64,000 nucleotides of DNA from Utricularia gibba. Lineage: Eukaryota > Plantae > Magnoliophyta. This document shows, in pieces, positions 40,527 to 51,660 of this stretch (the stretch's first letter is position 1; each line of letters begins with the position of its first letter). The stretch spans positions 2,728,001 through 2,792,000 of the forward strand of contig CM007991.1 of NCBI GenBank assembly GCA_002189035.1, read 5' to 3'. Both the position numbers and the translations under genes were made by a program. Under the pieces are notes generated by a model. The model had not been told where the DNA came from. It was given only the letters and a program-made list of their open reading frames with translations, and searched no databases.

Positions 40527-42623
40527 TTGTCGCTGAAAGTTGTTTCATTCGGACGCGGGCTCTTAGGTTGCGGAACCTGGAATTATCGAGAGGGCTATAA
40601 AGGTTTCCCATGTCGCTTTAAAATCCCGCAAAATGATGGCACAGCTGCCGCAACGAGTGTCCTATCCTATAACCGACTGGCCGGCAAGGATAGGAACGTG
40701 GACGTTGATAGCAGGTTCGATGGGATGAATCGGATGCGACGGTCGTGTTCTTCGTTTTTCGACAAACGGCTGATAAGTTATGCCAAGGAGAAGAAGTACC
40801 GAGAGTTATTTGCTGTCTTCGATAGAATGGTATGTGCTGACTATTCCCCAGGTCTTGGTGAGATGACTATTCTGCTCAATTGCTATTGTGATTTGAAAAG
40901 GATAGGTCTTGCTTTCTCTGTTCTAGGCGGGATCTTGAAGAGGGGTTACATTCTCGATCGCTATGTTCTTAACCCTCTCGTTAAAGGGTTGTTTCTGCAT
41001 GGTAGAGTTGGTGAGGCAGTTTTGTTGTTTAAAAAGATTACACGTATTGGAATTCCTCTCGATTTATGTACCTGGTCGACTTTGATTCAAGGGCTGTGTA
41101 AGTCAGGAAATCTGGAAGCTGCCTTGAGAATTCATGAGGCAAATATGAAAGGAAACCTGGGTTTTGGACTCAGTTACAGCCCTGATTGTGTATATTATGT
41201 CGTTCTCATGGATGGTCTTTGTAAGGTGGGTTTGGTGAGAAAGGCAAAAGAGTTGTTTCTTGAGATGGAGCAGAGAGGGGTTACGCCAAATGTGTATGCG
41301 TACACTGCATTGATTCATGGTTTTTGTGGAATGGCTGAATGGGAGGAGGCAAAAACATTATTTAATCAGGCGTTGGACCGAGGCATTCAACCCAACATTG
41401 TGACGTTCAATGCTTTGATAGATTTTCTTTGCAAAGAGGGAAATATGGAGGAGGCAAGAAGATTGTTCGACCTGATGATTGAAAGGGGCCAGCACCCTAG
41501 TTGTGTCAACTTTAACACCTTAATGAGTGGATACTTTTTGGAAGGTAAGATAGGAGAGGCACTCAAGTTACTTGAAGAAATGAAGACCCATAATATAACG
41601 CCTAATGGTGTTACATATGTTGTATTAATAGATGGGTTTTGCAAGAACGGATGTCTCGGACATGCAATAGAGTTATTCACGTCTCTTGAAAATTCTGGTT
41701 TCAACCATGACATCCAGCACTGTAACTCACTCATTGATGGGTTTTGCAAAGCAGGAAGGTTTGATTTTGCACGTCAGTTGTTTGAGAGGATTCCTGAGAT
41801 GGGCCTCAGTCCAAATGTCATTACTTATACAACCATGATTGAGTGCATGTGCAAGGCTGAACAATTGGGTCATGCCTATGATTTGTTTGTTGAGATGGAA
41901 AACAAGGGTTGTTTTCCTAATCCAGTCACACTGAATGCTTTGATGTTTTTTCTCTGTAGAAGGGGAAGAACGAATGAGGCACGGGAATTGATGAACTTTA
42001 TGCGCCAACGGCGTCTGCAGCCCAATTCCTGCAATTATAGCACCCTATTATTTGGATACTTCACAGAAGGTAGGATTGAAGAGGCGAGGAAATTGGTGCA
42101 AGAAATGAAGAACCATGATATTGCGCCGGATGATGTCACATATGGTGTATTGATCGATGGTTTCTGTAAGAACGGATGCCTTGATTCTGCAGTAGACTTG
42201 TTCGATGCCCTTGAAAAAGCCAGTTTTAAGTTTGACATCCGACACTATTCGTGCCTCCTCCATGGGTTATGCAAAGCAGGAAAACTTGACATTGCATGCG
42301 AGTTGTTTGAGAGGATTCCCCGTATGGGTCTTGCTCCAAATGTAGTCACGTACACCATCATGATTGATGGCCTGTGCAAGGCTGGACGACTTCATCATGC
42401 TTATGATTTGTTTGTTGAGATGGAAAACAGGGGCTGCATCCCTAATGCAGTCACATTCAGCATACTTCTGCAGGGATACAGTCAAAATGGCGATGCGTCC
42501 AAACTCGCCGAGCTTCTTCACAAAATGGCAGAAAGAAATGTTACTCCGGAAGAAGCTGCAATTACGGTAGTTGGGCTTCGAGACCGCTTAGAACCGATTG
42601 CTTGCTTCCCTTCAATTGCTTGA
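40527..42623 (+). CDS. P-class PPR protein, restorer-of-fertility-like (RFL); start codon uncertain
   Basis: Uninterrupted 698-codon frame of 35-aa P repeats (PNIVTFNALIDFLCKEG, TYTIMIDGLCKAG). The frame opens at TTG 40527 and the first in-frame ATG is 40725. RFL assignment is from recalled motif style. Confidence 0.88.
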   Translation: MSLKVVSFGRGLLGCGTWNYREGYKGFPCRFKIPQNDGTAAATSVLSYNRLAGKDRNVDVDSRFDGMNRMRRSCSSFFDKRLISYAKEKKYRELFAVFDRMVCADYSPGLGEMTILLNCYCDLKRIGLAFSVLGGILKRGYILDRYVLNPLVKGLFLHGRVGEAVLLFKKITRIGIPLDLCTWSTLIQGLCKSGNLEAALRIHEANMKGNLGFGLSYSPDCVYYVVLMDGLCKVGLVRKAKELFLEMEQRGVTPNVYAYTALIHGFCGMAEWEEAKTLFNQALDRGIQPNIVTFNALIDFLCKEGNMEEARRLFDLMIERGQHPSCVNFNTLMSGYFLEGKIGEALKLLEEMKTHNITPNGVTYVVLIDGFCKNGCLGHAIELFTSLENSGFNHDIQHCNSLIDGFCKAGRFDFARQLFERIPEMGLSPNVITYTTMIECMCKAEQLGHAYDLFVEMENKGCFPNPVTLNALMFFLCRRGRTNEARELMNFMRQRRLQPNSCNYSTLLFGYFTEGRIEEARKLVQEMKNHDIAPDDVTYGVLIDGFCKNGCLDSAVDLFDALEKASFKFDIRHYSCLLHGLCKAGKLDIACELFERIPRMGLAPNVVTYTIMIDGLCKAGRLHHAYDLFVEMENRGCIPNAVTFSILLQGYSQNGDASKLAELLHKMAERNVTPEEAAITVVGLRDRLEPIACFPSIA

Positions 42624-43268
42624 CATACAGATTGGCTCTTCCCGTTCGAAGTGAACTACAACGTGCAGTAGTTTTTCGACTTTTCTGGAGCTGAGGGATA
42701 TTTGGCGATTGGAAGAAGAGAAGGGTTAATGAAATAGTAAGTGCGTACTGTTTTTTTTTTTTTTTTGTTAATTTGGAGAGGGAAATCAAGCGTACTTTTT
42801 TGTTTTCTTTGTGCCAGTGCCAGGTCTTCCAACCATGATGAACAAGCCCTGTAAGAACTCGTTTGCAGTTAAATCTAAGGATGCCAGGATCCAGGTGTGC
42901 AGTTGGCCTCTATGAGTTAAAAATATTTGCTTTTGGAGGCTCTGTGTTGGCACCCAGCCACCCACCAGTTATGGTGGAATCAGAAGAGATGTTGGGAGGG
43001 ACTGTCGGTGTTAACACAAAAAGGGTCGCCCAAGGAGAAATGGGTTGCTGTTGATACAAGCACACACCATGAAATGAATCAAAACCATGGCTTCTGCGTG
43101 CTGTGTCTGCTTGTCATGCATGAAAAGCAGATATTGGCCTCTCTTTGTATCATGTTCCTAGCTGTAGATGCTACTGTGCCAACATCAGTGCTTTATTGAT
43201 GGAACTACGAAGAGAGTTGAAGTGCACGGGGCCAGGAAACTCATGCACGTGGCTGACCAATGTTGAAC

Positions 43269-46200
43269 TCACCTGTTAGAACGCTTGATTTTTTCCATGG
43301 CAGCCTTCAAGCCATCCCTGTCAAGGGTCTGGCATTCCACGCTTCTGGGATTATCGACAGGGACAACGTGCTCCAGAGGGTAATTTCTATTGATGTGAAT
43401 TTTCCTGGCCTCTAGGCAGTATCCTTGCAGAATCACCGTCTTGTGCAGCCCACCGTGGAGTCCCTCATAATCCGAATCACCGCATTCTCCCATAAAGACG
43501 ACCACATTGGACAAGTCAATGCCCCAACGAACGTGCAAATACCTGCTTCCCATATTTTAGTATTCATTGAACCGAGCTGGTTTTTCATCAGATATGGAAG
43601 AAGGAAGACTTCATGGACTTCTTACCGGAGAGCTTGAGCTCGAGAAGCGAGGACTGGGATCACGTTTATAGTTTCACCGTTGTTGCAGTAGACCGGGTAG
43701 CAACGGAGAGCATGGATTCGCATGAGCCTACGAAGTTCTCTTACAGGAGGAACCTGCAGCAGGCCCAATGGAAGAAACACATTTATAGCATGATGTGGCA
43801 TCGTTATGTTCGAAGAGCAACAGAGAAGCCGAAACTTACTGAAGTGTGGTCTCGGATGCGGAACCTGTAGCAGTGGTAGGATCCGGAGTCGAGTTCAGCG
43901 AGGACAGGCAGCTCGTCACTGCCCCCTTCGCTTTGTCATTAACAGAAGCTGACCATCGGAGCAAACTGTTTCTCAAGCTTTCTCCACCCCAGCGATAGTC
44001 TATGTGAGCTTGATAATCTGAATCTATCATGTACCGTGATTCTGCAGAATTCTGCTCGGGATAATATATCTCGGAGCCACTACTACAGATGAACGCATCA
44101 AAACAACTAGACTTCAGACCAGCCGTCTCCATTGCGCGGTTAATCTCAGACATACTCCATGAGGTAGATAAAATGAAGCCCACATTCTTGAAACAGTTAT
44201 CTGATCTGCCAGCCTCCACTATTGTTTTAGTGACTTCCAGCATATCAGCTATTGCACCCGGATCCAAGGCGATGACAAATATGAAGTTCCTTGAACTGAG
44301 CGACGGCAGCCTTGAGTTCTCTGGTTTATCCATGGAATCGTTGGGGGAGAATTTCAATGGAGAACTTTTAACAATGTTGTCCCTCGTGTCCACAGAATTT
44401 TCTCTGCCTTCCAGTACCAAGTTACTAACACCTTCATTCTTCTCTCCATCTAGTGACAACCTTAAGCTCAAAGATAGATCCTTGATATCTCTGAGGGAAC
44501 TTCCAGGCGAATCATCATCCGAATCGGCGTGGTCACTCTCATTTGTTTGCCATCTTGGTTGCCTTTGCTTGCAACTGGTTACACGAGCTAAATATGCCTT
44601 GCAGTGCTCTGGCCATGAGAAAAGATGTATATTCTTTAGACCGTTGTCCCTGCATCTGGCCCATTGTTGCTTGTCGGCTACAAGCTTTAGCAGAGCATCC
44701 GCAATGGACTGCTGATCATGTGGGTCAACTAACACACCATTATCAAGAACCTGGTGTTTTTTTTTTCAGATTAAGCAGAAAGCAACGGATAAAATATATT
44801 ACTTTCTGAAGGAGAAACAAGAAAATAACTATCAAGCATGACTTCATTTAGTGAGTACCCGGTGAATATCAACAGGGCCTCCATTCTTCGTTGCAACAAT
44901 TGGTAGACCACGGGCTGCAGCCTGAGGTAAAAACGTATCCTGATCAGTAGATTATGTTGGGGAAAATCTATGATTCTATGAGAAAATTTAATCTTGGATA
45001 CCTCAATTAGGGTGAGTCCAAATGGCTCAATAAAAGCTGGATTTATGAAAACACCCTTGAAGATAAGGAAAAAACAGTCAACATATGCGATAAATAATAA
45101 TAATCAACCAAGACTTCAGCTTGGTACACTTACCTTGGTTTTGGCTGCCAAACGATAAATATCAGCTACATCAGATTGTTTATGATGCTTTGGATATGCT
45201 ACTTGACCATAGAGGTCATACTTGTCAATTAGCTTGAGTATAGAAAGGAGGACAGAGGAATTGGTTGACGACATGTCATCTATTACATCCCTGTTACCCA
45301 TGATCAGAGTCTGCATCACATTAAGAGATCATAATGAGAAGGCCGAGTGTGGAATAAAAGGCGTAAACCTGTCTCATCTTTCAAAAAATGTGCAAAAAAT
45401 TCTCACAAGGTTTGCAAGATCCCTGAGCGCACGGCTCTCCCCAAAAGCTTTGACTAAAGTGATTAGGTTCTTCTTTGGATCCGGCCTCGCGAGAGCTAGT
45501 ATCATAGGTTTTCGTGGATTGGTAAAGAAGCGCATGATCTGCAAAAAAAATAAAAAAAAAATGTAAAACCATCACACCATGAGCAGTTATCGGATGTGTT
45601 CTGCCAAAGAAAGGAGTAAATTGAACCTCTGCCCAGATAGGAGGATCAGGAGTCGCAGAGCAATCTTCGTTTCCTTCTGTCTCTCCATCAAGCTCAGCAT
45701 CTTGTGGAACAACATTCCGAAATTCCATTCCAGGTGGAATCACCTGAATAAAGGAAAAACAGCTGAGTACAAGTGACAGAGGACCAAAGAGAGACGAACA
45801 TGCCCATGGAAAGAACTGCATCCAATTAATTTAGTTGGCGTGATATGATGACTTACAACCATCCGTGGCATGAACCTCCCGTAACAGCTGAAATTATTCT
45901 TGATACGAGCTCGAAGTTTGCGCTCTAAAACTGGATCAAATCCATCATAAAGACGCCATTGTTCTTCTATCTCTTGTTTTGTGCTGGTAATGATTACTTC
46001 AGAGGCATCAAGAGTAATCTCCTCAGCTTCAATTCGTCGCATTATCTTATATGCAGAATTAATCTCCTCCCTTGACTGCCTCCCTTGCTTTAAGAGTTGT
46101 TCCAGCTTGTCTCGCCCAAGCGAGTGACCAGTAAATATCATTGGCACATTTAAAGCTCCCGAGAGTAAAGCAGCAGAATTTCCTGCATCAGCGTAGTGTC

Positions 46201-47859
46201 CATGAATGGCAATAGGCCAGAGTGGCTGGTCGCTGCCAATTTGCTTGCCAAGGACTTTAGACATCTGCAGAATGTGACTAAGTGCACCATCAACAAACTC
46301 TGGAATATGAGGCCAGAGAGTTTCTTTGGACAAGTACTTGTCATTCGGACCAAAAGGTATACGAATAATATATGCACCACCACCCTCTCCAATTTCATGC
46401 AAGTAGTTTGGAGAGCTGACTGGATTTAGCATCTCTATCGGTTCACCGTACGTCCAGTGCACATCTGGTGACAATATTTGTCTTGTGAGCAAATCTACAC
46501 GATAAACTCCAGGCATTGAACCCAACGCTCTGGCTAGTTCAACAACATACTTGACCTGAAATCACGTAGGACAGGGTGCATGTCATGAATGACAACAGCT
46601 CAATGGTATTCAAGGACTAAACCACATGAAAAATCAGTCAAAAATTAGAGCCTTCCTCTACCTGACCTCCGGTATCAGAATCTCGACCAAGTTCCATATC
46701 TTCTCCCCTTATCAAACCATGAAGACTGGACAGAAAAGGAAAAGAAAATATAAATTGCTCTAGTCACTGTATACGTGAAAACCCGACATATAAAAACATA
46801 AGGGGAGGCCTGAATCAGTAGTAAACCTGATCAGGACAAGATAAAGCTTCTTATTGGAATGTGGACTAGCCAAACTAGTCATCGTTTCCACAGAACTCAC
46901 TCTTGGAATTTTCCCTCTAACGGAAATCGAACGAGGTGAAATTTCACCAGTTACGTCGCCCTTTTCTCCTTCTATCACATCTTCAGGCATATCAGCAGTT
47001 GCCTCTCTCCTAGCACTTTCACGATCAAATTTCTTTTTTGCTTTACGTTGCGTTTCTTCTGTCTCAATCTACAAGCAAAAAGCAGATTCTGAAAACAGTA
47101 TACTTCAACCATATCTCCTCAACTTCATGACACACAAAGAACCGAGACTCAGAGACTTGCTATAATCGCAAAGCACTTAAGAAAAAGCAAGGACAACTGC
47201 ACGAATTTCCCTGATGACCCTCACTATTCGTCAAAAGCATACAATCAATGTACAAAAGGTACCTGTTTCTTCTTCCGAGCCAAAGTCCATATCCTCCAAG
47301 ACATATTTTCCAGCCTTGCATTTCTCTCCTCTGAGTTTCGAATAGATGAAGCCTGGATTCACGTTTCAAAGCATATAGAAGTTACCAGCAATGTGGTTAA
47401 AAGTTGGCCATCCATGCAAGGGTGGCGAATGTGAAAGCAAACACGCTAAATCACTTCAATTGAAAATTCAAAACACTGTTACATAAGGGAAATTGAAAAA
47501 AAAAAAAAAAAGCAAGAAAATCAACGATTAAAAGAAGCTAATCGTAAAACAAAAAAAGATCATCCACAGAGAACCGAAAACGAGATCTTATTATGACGTT
47601 CGCCCTGAGAACGAAAATGCAACGTCCAGCACATCGGCTACCCCAAAAATCAAATACACACGGAAGCGATACTTACGCGAACCCATGAACGATGGAGATC
47701 AGTCTCATTGAAGCCGGTGATGACTTCTTCGACGAAATACTGCGCAGGGCTGAAGCGGCCTCTCTCCCGTAACAGCAGAGACGATTTATTCTCGCTGATT
47801 CCTGCGTCGACGTCGAGGATCGCCTCCAGATAACTGCTTATCCAGTCATTCGCGGTCAT
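43269..47859 (-). CDS. SPS: Sucrose-phosphate synthase (13 exons); one apparent -1 frameshift
   Basis: [26 protein letters not shown]|[34 protein letters not shown], and the SPP-like C-terminus. Frame break in a G5 run at 43922-43926. Confidence 0.96.
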
Positions 47860-48180
47860 TTTCCCGGCGATGCGAGAGTAGTTGCATGCAAGGGTATCCT
47901 CCAACAACGGGAAACTGTGAGATTGATTTCCAACAAATACAAATAGAAAAAGATTTTCACCTGAGGATGGCTAAAGTCGGTGATTCCTTTTTCTTTTTTT
48001 TTTCCGAAGCTGGCTAAAATTAGTGTGGATCATCAATTGTCTGGTATTATTTATATTCATATAATAAGTGAAATAATATTTCTCCATTTATTCCCCGATT
48101 TCATTTTCCATAAACCACAGGGGAACCAGTTTCGCAAATCACGCAGCAGGTTCACAGAGAATGCGGCCTTCAAAAGAGAG

Positions 48181-48720
48181 TCATGAATGCTCTTTTTTCC
48201 CTGAGATTGCTTCCAAAGCAGAAGACGCGAAGGGAACCTCATTTTCCTCATCTCTTCAACCGCAAATGCTGGGGGAACCAATATTTTCCCAGTACAGGGT
48301 CCTGAAAAGGCTTGTAGGACTTTCGAAAAGGCTTCCACCAAAGAGGCGTGCACAACTACCCCGGCATCGAGCCCTTCTCGCGCATTAAATCGAACACCTT
48401 GGGCGCATCCTGCCGAGTCCATCTTTACATAAACTATCAAGCATAGCAACGGCGTTCGGAATCGAACCCGTCTCCTATATCGTATCCCCTCCGCATCTTC
48501 CGGAAGCGCCCCCCAAAGAACTCCCGACTCCCAGAAGCATGAATCGAGGTTTCCGATTGGGTTTTGTTGCCTCTCAGCGGCCTATTTGGAACTGGCTCTG
48601 GGAGTGAGGAAGAAGGCCCAGAGAGTGCCCGTACATTCTGACCAAATTGAACCGCTGAATGGGGCGTGGGCTTGGCTCCCAGCTCAGTGAGAATTCGCAA
48701 AATCAATTTCGAACAATCAG
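48181..48720 (-). pseudogene. Collapsed, frameshifted At4g38150-like PPR gene relic
   Basis: Reading across five -1 shifts gives, in order, PEPVPNRPLRG, LPEDAEGI, ETGSIPNAVAMLDSLCKDGL, QDAPKVFDLMREKGSMP, VVVHASLVEAFSK, FAV, WEAISGKK*. These match recalled At4g38150 segments (PEPLPNRPLRG, GLIPNAVAMLDGLCKDGLVQEAMKLFGLMRDKG, WEAIFKKK). Central repeats are missing and no ATG is evident. Confidence 0.75.
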
Positions 48721-49077
48721 GAGGAGGATTTTGAGTGATCCTCGTCGAGCAGATCAAAGGGTGGCAGTAGAGGTGCCTCCAGCAACCCCGATTCCGCTCC
48801 TTAAACTAAACAAAAAATACAATATCTGTTTTAATAAAATTACGTCCTTTTTACAATGCAATATTTTATTTTCAGAAATGCAACTTACCACCATACAGGA
48901 TCATTCGTCAAGAAACTCGTACCACACACACAAAGACTGCTAAGAAAAAGGATGCAGAAACGAAGGATCATGTGTAAATTTGTGCATGCAAAGGTAAGAT
49001 TGGGGAATTTTGCTCGAACCGCCGATGAAAGATGAGACAACAGACACTTGACGTGGGCCAAGAGCCACATGTGGTTT

Positions 49078-51660
49078 TTAGAAGAGTACTAACGGTTTGT
49101 TGGATGGTGAGGGCAATGTTGCTGCAATTTGCAGGACTTGGGTCCTCATGCTGCACTGCCTTACCTGTATAATGATGCATCGTGCGAAAAATGCAGTAGA
49201 ATCATCAGATTTTTTATTTTTTCCGAAGAGTGGAAAATAATGAGGACAGAACCTTACCTGCAAAGGGGTAATTTTGGTTGACAGAAGGTTGTTACTGTTA
49301 ATGAGTAAATGATGCTCTTGAGCACTCAAAACTGCGAGCTCAGAAGCCAGTAAGCTCATCTGCTTCACCTGCAAAAATGTCGAGGAGGACTGATTTATAT
49401 TTATCTACATTAGACAATCAGGAAAGTTTTGGAAGCCATAAGCTTCATTCAAAACAGACTTACCTTCATCTGCAGAGAGGACATTGAAGATGCAATTGCT
49501 TGCATTATTCTGGCAACTGATGATATTGCTTCTTGTAGATCAGGAACACCACCCTAGGTAAAGAGAATGACAGAGGTTCATTTTGAAGTAAAGTAGCAGC
49601 ATCGTGCAATCTATGTTCACTAAAAAGTTTTGGGAAGATGCAAGATGATAATACCCTTGCGCCATTCACAAAAGGTAGACGGACTATCTTTGCTTCTAAT
49701 GCTTTTATCGTTCCATTCACAGTGTTCCAGTGATTCGCTTCAATCATAGACCAATTCTCCAAGTGTCTCATCTGCAGTCATGACTAGACTTCAAATCTTG
49801 AAAAGCAGTATGCAAATATCGAAGCTTTTCAGTAGGCCAATGTAGACAAGTACAAGGGAGAATCACCTGTTCCTTGATGGTTGAAAACAGCCTTAGATTA
49901 TGTTTCAGTATTAACATTTCTGTTCTCTTAGAGTTAACTGAAAGCCGTAAGCTTGATGAAGCTGCCCAAGCATCGGAGAAGCTTCTCTGTGATATGAAAC
50001 CAGTACAGATGAGAGCAGTTTATACTGGTGATAGAGAGAAGGCCAAATGTATCAGCAAATAGGATCAGCAAGGAAAACAGAGCAAAAACATATGTACAAA
50101 ACAGAGTTCTCAGTAACTAGAAGATACCCCTCGGTTTTCTTTTTAGAAACAAAACAAAAGATCTGCAAAAATAAGAGCAACGATGATCATCAAAAAATGG
50201 TCTGCTCTTAACTCTATTAGCTACCCAGTACAGAAATACTGAACCCAAGTGATTATAAGCAAATTCGTGTGAACAGAGTTGTGTAAGATTTCCCATCACG
50301 GCGAAGTTAATATACCTGGGCTGTGTGTTTCTGCAGCACCAGTGCATTCTCTAATCGCCCATTCGCAAATCTCCACTGCAGCAACCTATTATACAGCATT
50401 CGCAAATCATGCACATCAGCTACCTTAGTTTCACCCAACTTTCCTCTCCCTGTATCCGCAGTAAAACTGAGCATTGATGGAGTGGTACAGATACTAATAT
50501 CAGTAATCAAACTTCCAGGGCCACTTCGACATTTCGATGGACTCGATATACCCCTGCTGCGAGTACCATCGGAAGAAGACAATACCCTGCTCGGGAGGCT
50601 TCTCTAACTCCACCTCGAAGAGGCGATACCCCCTACGAGGGAGTACTTCTCTAGGAGAAGAAACAAGATTACTACCATTTTGAATCTTCTTTGGGACGGT
50701 TGATTTGGAAGAACCAAATGCTTTATTTATGGTGCTTCTTATCTGGGAAGAGGCAGGATTTAGTTCCTCATTTTGTCTACCCACTCCCTGTTGCTGGATT
50801 GTCGCTTCATCAATTTGTCCCGCTTCCGATTTACTTGCAATTCCAGTTGAATTACCTGGAGATACGATACTACCAGGATCAGAATCCAATCTACCTGCTC
50901 TCGGCCATAGAACAGGTTGCTTCTCCGGAGGCTTGATTTTGCTTTTGTTATCGTACTCCGCCGATTTTTTAGGTGATGCGGCAGACTCATTCAGTTTCAG
51001 TGATCCGCAATCTAGGCTACGACTCAGAAAACTCGAATTCAAGCTACGCGATCTTGCTGGCCACGGATTCTGCAGGCATTCATCTCTGGCGATCGATTTC
51101 TTAGCAATTTTCTCGTTCCGATCTTTCGGTGGCGTCTCTTTTGATTTCCATCTCTCCGGTGTCGCTTTCCTTGAATCATCAACAACCCTGTTCCCTTTTC
51201 TATCAGACCCGTGAAACGACAACGAGAGATTCCGCAGCGATTTCACCAACACTCTTTCCGCAGCGGAGGGTGTAACCGCCGCCGCCGCCGCCGGCCGTCG
51301 TCTCTCAGCTGATAATCCCGCATGCTGACTCCTGGGCGTTAAAGTTGAACCTCTGCTCCCAAGAACCGGAGATTCCGTAATCTTATACGAAATCGATGAT
51401 CCGGAGGAGGATCCAAAAGACGCCGCAGTGTTGGTCGACGATGATGACACAGAAGAAGTGGATGACGCTGTCGATATTGACAGATATCGAGAACTCACTT
51501 CACGAGATTTTGGCCGTCGCACCGCTGCATTCTCGTTTACGTGGGAGATCAGCGGTATCCGTTTCGTTTTCTGGCCACTCCGCTGCTTGTGTGTTGCCAT
51601 CGCCGGTGCAGCGGCTGTTTCGGCTTCACGCCGCCCATTAGAGCACGTCAAATCCTTCAT
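49078..51660 (-). CDS. QWRF-motif protein (SCO3/EDE1/AUG8 family), 6 exons; apparent double frameshift in exon 1
   Basis: RRPKSREVSSRYLS N-terminal motif, RMLYNRLLQWRFAN, and downstream exons typical of the family. Frame disruption at ~50593-50633. Confidence 0.88.

Noticed and set aside
42863-43054. Kelch-like snippet (KIFAFGG) between the convergent PPR and SPS ends
   Set aside because: A single short motif with no further repeats or F-box, lying in probable 3' UTR.
48458-48470. tRNA T-loop-like GGGTTCGATTCC on the minus strand
   Set aside because: No acceptor stem, D-arm or anticodon arm around it. It encodes GSIPN within the PPR relic.
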